64,000 bases of DNA from the human T2T-CHM13v2.0 reference genome, Homo sapiens. Below, one piece after another: positions 16,669-28,089 of the stretch. The position numbers and the translations under genes are program-made. Every line of letters begins with the position of its first letter. Positions within the stretch are counted from its first letter, which is position 1. The DNA lies in NCBI RefSeq assembly GCF_009914755.1, contig NC_060936.1; one strand, written 5' to 3'. The notes below the pieces were generated by a model. The model saw nothing but the letters and a program-made list of their open reading frames with translations, had not been told where the DNA came from and made no database searches.

Positions 16669-18183
16669 GGGTTTCACATGCATGAAGGTGGGGATTCCAT
16701 TAGATGGTGGTTCCATTATATAGACTTTCAGCTTCATAATGGGGTTTTCATTTGAAGCGGTCACAGCCACAAATTAATTTTCTATTAATTGGTGATCTCA
16801 TCAAGAATGAAGCAAAGGCTATTTAGGTTTCCCTGAATTTAGTAATAGTTTCTCAGACTTTAACAAACCGGTGGTTTTAGCACTGAGTTGTGGGAGAGGA
16901 AAATGGAAAACAATCTGTTTTTATTTGTAGCATGATTACAATGTCTGATTTTAGATATAATCTAATGAACTTGGCTACTTTATAATTTTATCAGCCACCT
17001 TATCTCACAAAATCAGAAGAAGGCATAGTGGGTCAACTTTCATCAATTTACTAATTATGAGAATAATGTAGCATTCTTTGTTTCCTATTATCTTTGGACA
17101 TTTTAGTGAGATTAAACCTAACTTTTCAAATGTACTGCTTCTATTGATTATCAACATTTGACAGGTGAGTTAGAAAATGTGCCAAAGTATCTACATACTA
17201 GTTTTTCTCTCTTCCCTTCTATATTGTGCTAAGTAGTGGAAATGTTTTTTCTCTATTATTATTTCACTGTCTTGAAAAAAATATTTGAAGTTGGAGTTTT
17301 TAAGGAGAGTTAGTTGAAACAAACAAATTCTATAAAATTTTATCTGACTGTGGCTTTAAAACATAAGAGCTTCACTGCGGCCAGGAATAGCTTCCAGGCT
17401 ACAAATCAACAAGTGACATTTTATAATTTTAGTTTTCATAATCCCTTTTTATTTGAATATATATGTATTTTTTTCTCTCAGTACTCTGTCTAAAGTCAAC
17501 ATCTGTTTGTGTAGTTATAGAGGTTAACTTATGTTTAAGTATGACTTAAATTATGAGAATTGGTGTAAAAAGAAAAGACCATATCTTGGCTATAAGTAAC
17601 CAGCACTCTTTGCATTTGGGGAAAATGAGAAATAATGAGCAATTTGAAGGGTAATATAGGTATGTGAGGAAAGGTGAAGAGCTAGTCTACTTGCATGTTA
17701 ATTAAATAGAGTAAGGTTAATATTTTATACCACCATTTGTTTCAATAACTGTATTTAAGCCCATTCAATCAGTCAGTGAGAGATAATGGGCTTCAAGTTC
17801 TGAAATGTTGTAGAATCCTGTACTATTTTTCAAAGTGTGAGTCATTCAATATTTGTTCTGCATAAGGCTCTGGTAAATATAGGGTTTCTTTGTCAAATCA
17901 GTTCAGAAATTTCTAAATGCCCTTTTCATCTCTCAGAGAATAATAACATACATTCTCATATGAAGAGCTCTGAGAATTTATGCTAAAGAAAAATCTGTTT
18001 AACTTTACTTGACTGACATTTTCCTGCTATCCTTGCATATGGATCCCTTTTTGTTATGAATTTTTTTTTTCAGGTAATGCCTGTTACCTTTTTATAAAAC
18101 TAGAAACATGGGGAAGCTTTGTGTGGTGATAATAGGATGTCTCATTTTTGTTTATAATAACAATATCTAATAGTATAACAAGT

Positions 18184-18332
18184 GACAATAGCTGACATTT
18201 ATTAAGCACTTACATGTCAGATACTATTTGAAGCTCTTTACATACATTAATTTGTTTAGTGCTGAAAGAACCACCATGAATTAGGTATTTTAATTTTCCC
18301 TATTTTAAAAATGAGGAAACTGGGCCTCAGAG
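18184..18332 (-). mobile_element. MIR
   Basis: 'atagctgacatttattaagcacttac...ccctattttaaaaatgaggaaactgggcctcagag'. Confidence 0.85.
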
Positions 18333-18594
18333 TCCGCAAAATTCACTCCTGTGTCTTAACCCCTAACTTTTCAAGGTGTTACTCTACTTGGCTAAAATAA
18401 GAGACTGAATGGAACTACATCTCAGTGTCCTCTTCTGCAAGTGAAGTTCTGCATTTGTCAGAAGATTGTTAAGAAAAACGAAATTTCAACATAAATACTG
18501 ATGCTATTTACAGACTGCTTACTATGAAAATAACAAAAAGTTCTCTCTCAAATGGAACTATACTTAGAACCTGAAATTATTATTTAAATTTTTA

Positions 18595-18922
<328 letters not shown>

Positions 18923-19326
18923 TTATGCTAATCTAAGCATATTTTGTAGTCATTTTACATATTTGGGCAAATACACATAGCATAATTTTTAGATTAAATT
19001 TGTCCACAGTTTCATTTTGGAAGAGATATTTCTGCATGAGACAAGTTTTCTTCTAATGCTGAGATTCTATGATTAATTAAACTGATGATGTAATTTAGTC
19101 TAATTTTAAAGATTCACCATGAATAGATTGAAGCTAACTACAAAAGATATACTGTGGAAAACAAAACATTCTTATTTATCTTTTGGGTCCTAAAGCCATG
19201 ACCTTAAGGAATCCTTCCCTGACTGCCCTTTCCTCCCCATTCTACACCCCTCTCCCACCATCTAATTAGGGTTCCAATAATATTTTTTAGGTAGCTTTTA
19301 TTTTTTACAGCAGTTTTTGGTTCACT

Positions 19327-19486
19327 CCTGAGGTCAGGAGTTCGAGACCAGCCTGGACAACATGGTAAAACTCCGTGTCTACTAAAAATACAAAATATTA
19401 GCTGGGCGTGGTGGCGGGTGCCTGTAATCCCAGCTACTCTGGAGGCTGAGGCAGGGGAATCGCTTGAACCTGGGAGGCTGAGGTTG
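19327..19486 (+). repeat. Internal Alu segment duplicated from the Alu at 18658-18817 (no head, tail or TSD)
   Basis: 160 bp with ~12 mismatches to 18658-18817. Shares non-consensus bases: ggacaac, ggtaaaac, tgtctact, caggggaatc, tgaggttg. Confidence 0.85.
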
Positions 19487-20750
19487 TAAAGATTGCACTG
19501 CAGTCTTTACTACGGCAGTTTTTGTGCCACAGCGTATTTACCTATTCACCTATTGAAGGACATTTCTGCAAAACTGAGCAGAAAGTAAAGAGTTTGATGT
19601 ATTCTCTGCCCCACCCTCATACAGACTTCCCCACTACCAACATCTCACACAAGAGTGGTATATTGGCTACAATCCATAAACCTATGTTGATAAATCATTA
19701 TTACCCAAAGTTCATAGCTTGCATTAGGGTTCACTCTTAGTGTAACACATCCTATGCGTTTTGACAAATGTGTAATGACATGTATCTACCATAGTACCAT
19801 ACAGAACATTTTCATGGCCCTAACATCTTCTCTGCTTCATTTATTATATTTATTCTTCCTTTTCCTTAATCCCTGAAAATCAGTGACTTTTTTTCTCTTG
19901 TCTCCAGTTTTGCGTTTTACAGAATGTCGAAAGAGTTAGGATCATTCAGTATGTAATCTTTTCATGTGGGCTTCTTTCACTTAGTAATCTGCATTTAAGG
20001 TTCTTCCATGTCTTTTCATGGCTTAATTGTTCATTTTTTTAGCACCAGATAATATTCTATTGTCTGCATGTGCCACAGCATATTTACCCATTCACCTATT
20101 GAAGGGCATTTTAGTTGTTTTCAAGTTTTGGCTATTAAGCTACTATGAATAAAGCTACTATAAGCATCTGTGTGCAGGTTTTTTGAGGATATAATTATTT
20201 AACTCATTTGAGTAAATATCAAGAAGCCCAACTGCTGGATGTTATGGTTAAGAGCATGTTTAGTTTTGTAAGAAACCTCCAAACTGTCTTCAAAAGTGTC
20301 TGTACCGTTTTGCATTCCCATCAGCAATGATGAGGATGTGCTATATCCTCATCAGTTTTTGGAGTTGTCAATGCTTTGGATTTTGGCCATTGTAATAGGT
20401 GTATAGTGGCATATCATTGTTTTAATTTACAATTCCCTAATGATATGATGCTGTGCATTTTTCCATATCCTTATTTGCCATCTGTGTATCTTCTTTGGTG
20501 AGTTATCTATTCAGGTCTTTGACTATTTTTAATTGTATTTTTTGTTCTCTGATGATGATTTTTAATATTTATTTATTTTAGATAACAGGATTTTATCAGG
20601 TATATCTTTTGCAAATATTTTCTCCAAGCCTGTGGCTTATTTTCTCATTCTCTGATAGTGTCTTTAGCAGAGCACAAGTTTAAATTTTTAATTTTGCAGA
20701 GTAAAAGTTTAAATTTTAATGAAGTCGAGCTTAGCAATTACTTTTGTGAT

Positions 20751-21115
20751 TGTCTTTGGCCATTTGCGCTGCTGTAACAAAATACCATACATTTAAAGCT
20801 TATAAACTGCTTGTAGCTTATAAACATATTTTTTACAGTTGGAAAATCCAAGATCAAGGTGCCAGCAGATTCAGAGTCTGGTGAGAACCTGCTTTCTATT
20901 CATAGATGGTGTCTTTTAGCTGTGTCCTCACATGGTAGAAAGGGCAAGGCAATTCTCTGGAGCCTCTTTTATAAGGGCACTAATCCAATTCATGAGGGCC
21001 CTACTCTCATTATCTAATCATGTCTCAAATGCCCTACTTCCTACTGTCATTACATTGGGGTTCAGGATTTCAACACATAAAGTTAGAGGAGGATACAAAC
21101 ATTCAGGCCATAGTA
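20751..21115 (-). mobile_element. MLT1A0 (ERVL-MaLR) solo LTR
   Basis: 'ccaagatcaaggtgccagcagattc...tgtgtcctcacatgg...ttttataagggcactaatcc...aaacattcaggccatag'; 5-bp TSD gtgat / gtgtt. Confidence 0.9.
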
Positions 21116-21904
21116 GTGTTGTATGTAAAATGTCATTGCCATACCCAAGGACATCCAGATTTTCTCAAGTGTTATCTTCTATGAATTTTACAGATTTATG
21201 TTTTATAATAAGTCTATGATCTATTTTGAGTTAATTTTTGTGATGGGTGTAAGGTCTATGTTGAGACTCTTTTTTTTCCTTTTTGCATGTTGATGTCCAG
21301 TTGTTTTAGCATCATTTGTTGAAAAGCCTATCTTTGCTCCACTGTATTGCCTTTGGTCCTTTGTTTAAGATCAGTTGACTATACATAAGTCTATTCTGTT
21401 CCTGTCTGTCTATTCTTTCATTAGTACTTGTGTCTTGAATACTGTAGTTTTATAGTAAAGTCTTGGAGTCAGGTAGTGTCACTTCTTTGACTTTGTTCTT
21501 CTTCTGTATTGTGTTAGCTATACTAGGTCTTTTACTTCTCCATGTACACTTTCGAATTAGTTTATTGATATCCTCAGAATAATGTACTGGGGTTTTCATT
21601 GGAATTATCTTGAATCTATAGGTCAAATTTCAAAGAAATAATATCTTGACAGTATTGAGTCTTTCTATCCATGGATATGGAATATATCTCAATTAATTTA
21701 GTTCTTCTGTTTCTTTTGTCAGAGATTTGTAGTTTTCCTCACGTAGATCTTGTATATATTTTGTTAGATTCAACAGCATTTAAAAAAGTTAAGTCATTTA
21801 AGTACTTCTGAAAAATTTAAACCCACCTTTTCAGGTTTCACTGGGTTTCATCTTTTCAGCTACACTGGGCTACATGCAATCAAAGCCAATTACAGCATTA
21901 TTTA

Positions 21905-21982
21905 CTACTATATATCTAGTGGTGCATGGTAGACATTTAAGAAATATTTGTTAAATGAATGAAATAGTGAATAAATGAATGC
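21905..21982 (+). mobile_element. L2 3' terminus
   Basis: 'gcatggtagacatttaagaaatatttgttaaatgaatgaa'. Confidence 0.7.
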
Positions 21983-22003
21983 CATATATGTTGAGCTATA
22001 TTA

Positions 22004-22580
22004 TATAGTGAATATTGGAATTGTCTCCCCAATATCCATTCCAGCCCAAATGAATGGTCTAGTCATATGATAATCAATTACTCCTTGCCAGTGATTTTTT
22101 TTCTGAAATGGGTAGAAGCACTTTTACCCACAAAGTGCTAGAAGTCTACTGGAAGGTTCTGGGAAAATTTTTCTCACTGCTAAAAGAGGGCAAATGAGGT
22201 TTTGTCCTTCTTCCTCAGTCATGTTGCAGGATCTTGATCCAACATCTGGAATTTATGCAGCCATCTTGTTACCAACTCCAGTATGAAGACAACATGAAGA
22301 ATGAAAGTATAGAAAGACTGAGAAAAAGTAAATGTCACACTTAGTTTTGAATAAGATATGGTGCTCTTGAATCAACCAATCTTGGAGTCTGCTTTTCCTC
22401 TGAATGTCATAGTAAGTGAGATCATAAATATCGTAGTTCTTTAAGCTAATTGTAGTATTTCTATTATGGGAAAAGTTTAGATATTTTAAAATCTTTTTAC
22501 TTTGAAAAGTTTTTGTTTGGGGACTACCTAAGCTAAAAATAAATAATCCCATTGGTTAGAAGCATAAAGATCCTGACACT
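22004..22580 (+). mobile_element. Old MaLR LTR (MLT1J/K-like)
   Basis: 'tctccccaatatccattcc', 'ctccttgccagtgatt', 'gcagccatcttg', 'gtgagatcataaatatc...tttaagcta'. Confidence 0.6.
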
Positions 22581-24545
22581 CTTTTGTTGATACTAAGGTA
22601 TATCCACCTCCTCACACTGACTTTCAGGAATACACTATGTGCTTTAGTTCTGCCTTAGATCATTTTTGCACACATATTTTAACTAGATTCTATGAGGTAA
22701 TTAGTAAGTAATTTTGTTTATCAAATTTTAATGTTATTTTCTTGAAAAAAATCCAGAATATAATACTCATCACCATCTTGAATTATTGACATATAAAAAT
22801 AATAACCTCAAAATTGACCTCCATTAAAATGTTCCTAAAATATTTCAATATCTCCTGAAGCAGGCTTTGTCTTTTTTAGTTATCAAATTTCTTTACACAC
22901 ACACACTCACTCACATACTCTCTGTCTCACAAACACCCTTTTAAATTCCAACAATTATCTTTGTGCTGCCTGCATAATTTTGAAATGAGGGGAATTTGAA
23001 CTGTGAAGTGGCTTAAAAGGTTAATTGCCTAATCTTAGCTTCCTTCCTGAAAAGACTGTTTTGATCTATACAAATTTCCTCACTGGAGGCTAGGAATTTT
23101 TTGAAATATAATTAAATAAATCAGTCTTATCTCTAAGATTAACTGCTTTTGCATAGTAATTCCAATGTTAGTATCTTGGCAACTGATATTTTTTACATAC
23201 TCGTTTGTGGGGAAAAAAGGCCTCTGTCTTTTTATGCTATTACATTTGGAAAATTATAATCTGTGAACTTTATTTCTAAAACAAATATTTTGGAAAAATG
23301 TCATAAACATTTGCATAAACCTTGTATATTTTGCTCTTCAAGATACTCACAGTCTGGAAATAAGTAAACTCATCTGAAAAGTCAGAGATATTTCAGAAAA
23401 CAATTCTGCTTTCTATTTTTATTAAATACTTGTGATGACAAAGTGGCCCTTCAAAGGTGTTAGAGAAATACTTCATTTGCAATGTCTTACGTTAAAAAAA
23501 CCTCTGATAGGTCCCAGTATAATTCTCTAAATTGCTGATGAAAAATTGGAATTATTCTCAGCATACCATTAACATTTAAGCATTGCACATTAAGTAATAT
23601 GAATTTGAAGCGTTTTATGTCTTAAATTTCCCCAATGTGTTATTGGCTTGCATTTTCACACTTTGCTTACATGATAAAAATAAAGCTACTACTGATTTTA
23701 CTTGGCTTGGTGTATCCTAAATGATCATACTTTAACATCTACACATTTGAGTGCTTTCATTGGGCTTCAAGAATGTTTAAAATATACTGTTTCTTAGGGA
23801 TATTAAAACACTAAACTGAAGAAGTGACATTTAAAAACTTGAGTATTGATTTCACTCCTGCATAATTTTTAGGAACTTGAAGAAATAGAGAAAAATTTGT
23901 GGTAGCAGTGTTAGAATTAATGTCCTCATTTGATTAAATTATATTTTCTTTTACCAATTACATCCTTAGTTAATGAATTTTAATTCTCCTTCTTTTTCTA
24001 AAAGAGTAACCTTCATTAGAAAAGAAAACTGTCTGTGTTTAGACATCTCTGTGAAGAAAATGTCGTGGAAAGAAAAGTACTAAATGAAATTGTCAGGAAG
24101 GAAAGAAGAAGAAAGCCATAATGATTGGGTCACAAGGCTTCAAGGTGGACAAAAGTGAAACAGTAAAAGAAAAAGCCACTCCTTAAGTAGTCAGAGAATA
24201 AATGGCACAATGAAAAATGCCTATATTTCTGATGCAGGAAGTTTTCTGGGCCAGGGTGGAATTTATCAGCACATGAGGTGGTGATTAAAGAGAAAGAGCA
24301 AATACAGTTGACTGAGTTAGGCTGGGAATAGTCATTACCTCATGAGAACATTTAATACGGCTTGTCTCTTAAGGCCAATAAACTAACACATGACCTGGCT
24401 GACATGAAGCACTGAAGCAAAATGGGTCAATACATCAGAGCAAGTCTAAGTAGAAAATTGGAATAGAAATTCATTTCCTATTCCCTTGGTCTTTAATTTT
24501 TTTTTTAAAATATAAAATCCAAAAGGGTATATTAAGAGTCCAAAG

Positions 24546-24729
24546 CAATGTTTCTCAAACCTACTTATGGATTAGAAACACTTGGAGAGATTTGGAAATA
24601 TCAATACCCACGTACCCCAGCATAATTAAATTGGTATCAGGGCATTAGTTTTTTGTTGTTGTTTGCTTTGCTTTGTTTTCTAAGCTTCTTAGGTGAGTCT
24701 ATGGTTCAGTCTGGATTGTAAGTCACTAG
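24546..24729. mobile_element. MER5-family hAT MITE
   Basis: TIR 'caatgtttctcaaac'; 'aagcttcttaggtgagtcta...cagtctggattgtaagtcact'. Confidence 0.6.
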
Positions 24730-24809
24730 TAAAAAGAATGATAATAAAATGAATATGCATATCCCATTATAAGCCTAAAAAATATAAAATTGCCAGTCAA
24801 AATCCTCTA

Positions 24810-25110
24810 GGTTATTTTTAATAGAATTATCAGCCATTTCTTTCTCTATCTCAAACATACAAGGTATCCATATCCTACATTTTGCATTAATAATTCCTTG
24901 TTTTCCTAATAAATATCTCTAAACATTTTAACTTTCAGTTTTCCTATCTTTGGCCTTTATATAAATAGAATTACACTTAATGTATTCTTCTGCAATATAA
25001 TATTTCACCAAATTACATTTTTGAGATTAATCTCTTTAATGAATCTAGTTATCATTCATTTTAATTGTTGATTAGTATTCTGTTATATGAACGCAATTCA
25101 TTTTACAAAA
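24810..25110 (-). mobile_element. L1ME-type fragment
   Basis: 'tttatataaatagaattacac...tgtattcttctgcaa...acatttttgagattaatc'. Confidence 0.55.
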
Positions 25111-25423
25111 ATATCTTGTAGTACCTTCTGTAAATCAAGCCTGAGTTTTTTCTCATATTCAATTGATCATAAAGAAATCTTTGAGAGGATATGCCAGCAT
25201 TCTCTACAAAGTTTCTCTCTAGAAACTTCACAAGATGCTGGGCCTCTGGAATTTTACGGGGTTTATCTTTTTCTGGTACTTATGATCTCCTAAGGTCCTT
25301 ACAAATTCTACCTAACAAGTCCAATTGCTATGATGACAACATCATAGTAAACAAGCATGGAATAAGAAGATGAACAAGTTCTTCATGGGCCGATTATGGC
25401 ATAGAGTGCGAGAATCGAAATAG

Positions 25424-25794
<371 letters not shown>

Positions 25795-27290
25795 TAACTG
25801 GGGTGTCTGCACACCTACACTGCTGACCACACTGGATATTCCAGAAAGCCTTTTCTTCCTGTAATACCCCAGCAGCATCCTGTAGGGAGAAAGCTTAACA
25901 TTGTGCTCAGTTTAAGGGAGAGTATCTTAAAGGAATCTGTTGTTTGTCACAGTGCATATCTTAAAGGGAGCATTTGACTGGGATATAATAAACTGAAAAC
26001 TGGCAGAGTAGGCATTAAGAAAATAGGATGATTCAGTCAGTTGAGTCAGCCAACTTCTATCATCCACTACTCTGATACTAGTGCAATAGGCTCATGCATG
26101 AAACAGCAATAGTGTGAGGAATGGCGTTTACACGGGTTCCGCTTCACTAAGAGTGCCACTGTTCAACATTTAACCTGCCAGCAAAAGAGACCAATATTGT
26201 ACCCCAGTATGGTACCATCCCTTGAAGAGACCAAATAGTTACTTGATAGGAAATCAAGTATATCAAATTTCTTACATCCTGGCAGTCAGTTCTTCATCTT
26301 GACAGGAACTGACATATATTTCAGATATAAGTTTGTCTTTCTTGTGGGCAGAGCTTCAGCCATCACCACTCTATGAGGGTTTATAATTGCTTGACCCATT
26401 AACAGGATATGTGGTATATCATGCTTAGTGCCAAGAGCCTCTCTAATGCACAAGAGTAGCAATGGTGAGCACGTCTTGGGACCACCTACCACACCACCAG
26501 AAACTGCTGACCTGATACAGCAATGGTATGGTTTTTTGACGGAGAAGCTAGGGTGCCAGCTTGGAAATGGCACTCTGTAAGGATAGGGCACTATCCTCTG
26601 GGAGGTAGCATACATACACCCTGATTAGCAATCATTAAAAAGTGCTCTGTCACCAGTAGTTAGAATACAAGAAACCAGAAGTAAGGGCTGGATACAAGAA
26701 TGATCCCACTCTTGGTGATCCACTTGAAGATTTTATATTTTCTGGGCCTGCAACTTTAGGTCTAGAGATCCTTATTCCCAGAGAAGAAACACTTCCACTA
26801 GGTGACACAATAAGGTTCCTATGACATTTTATGCCATAGTTTCCGCCTAATTACTTTGGGTTTCTCAATCCAAGAGACCAGCAGGCAAGTAAAGTAGTCA
26901 CCATGCTGACAGGGCTAATTGATTCTAATCCTTAGGAAAAGGTAGAGTTTCTGTTGCACACTGAAGGTAGGGAAGAATATATTTGGTACCCAAATGATCA
27001 AGTTGTGTGTCACTTGATTTCCTTGCCCAATATTGAAGGCAAATGGATAAGGGGAGATGCCATTGACAGAGAAAGGTATGGCAAAGAGGCTGAGTGATAA
27101 GTATTTGGGCCACTTCACTATATAAGCCATCTTTATGAGCAGAAGCGTTAGCCAAAGATGAACCTGAAATAGTTAATAGAGAAGGGAAGGACAAACATGA
27201 GCTGAAACTCAAAGAATACCTGCAATACTGAGGGCTGTGAGGTGCCCATTAACACTGTACTTATAAATTAACACAAGAAAAGAGATCCTA

Positions 27291-27565
27291 GGCTGGGCAC
27301 AGTGGCTCAAGCCTGTAATCCCAGCACTTTGGGAGGATGAGGCGGGTGGATCACCTGAGGTCAGGAGTTTGAGACCAGCCTGGCCAACATGGTGAAACCC
27401 GTCTCTACTAAAAATACAAAAAATTAGCCGGGCATGGTGGCATATGCCTCTAATCCCAGCTTCTCGGGTTTGGAGGGCAGTGGTGGGGTGGCTGAGACAG
27501 GAGAATCACACCACTGCACTCCAGCCTGGGTGACAGAGACTCCATCTCAAAAAAAAAGAAAAAAA
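27291..27565 (+). mobile_element. AluS with rearranged right arm
   Basis: Normal left arm; the right arm has a G-rich insert and an internal deletion. TSD aagaaaagagat(c/t)ctag. Confidence 0.92.
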
Positions 27566-27644
27566 GAAAAGAGATTCTAGAGGAATTGTTCCCAGGTGGG
27601 TAAACTTCCATTTGAAAGAGTGGATTAAGCACACAGGTGTAAAC

Positions 27645-28063
27645 TATAGTGTAGGCTTTAATGAACCACCCAGATGCCCCACTTATTCCCTCAGCTGTGA
27701 GGAATGTTGACTGCAGACAACTCACCGCTGAATCCCTTGCTTGCCATGGCCCTCACCAAAGAGAGATGTTTCACCCAAATGTATGCCTCCTTCCAGAGGC
27801 AACTGCACTGACAGGTCCACGTAGAGGTAAAAATGCCCAGTTCCTTTGCGTCAATTTGGGATGTCTCTGAAAGGCCATCCCAGTTCCAGAGTACCTACAT
27901 GATTGACTAATCCTTGCAACTTCATCTCAATTTTAACTTCTTCTGCTCAATCTTAACTTTACTCACTCCTTTACAATGTTGTTTCTGAGAGCCCTCCCTA
28001 TAAATCTCCTGAATGTAGATCTTTTCATCAAAATCTGTTTACTGGGACACTTGAACAAAGACA
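27645..28063 (+). mobile_element. LTR16-family (LTR16C-like) 3' LTR of the ERVL
   Basis: Directly follows the ERVL internal sequence; 'caatttgggatgtctctgaaaggccatcccagttccagag', ends '...ctgtttactgggacacttgaacaaagaca'. Confidence 0.75.
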
Positions 28064-28089
28064 ATATCCTACAATTTTTACATTCTTGT

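Larger units (their letters stand above)
19285..21770 (-). mobile_element. L1MC1-like LINE, 3' portion (hosts templated insertion and MLT1A0)
   Basis: 3' end 'cagcagtttttggttcac...gcaaaactgagcagaaag...cattattacccaaagttcatagcttgcattagggttcactctt' continuing into antisense ORF2 3' sequence. Confidence 0.85.
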
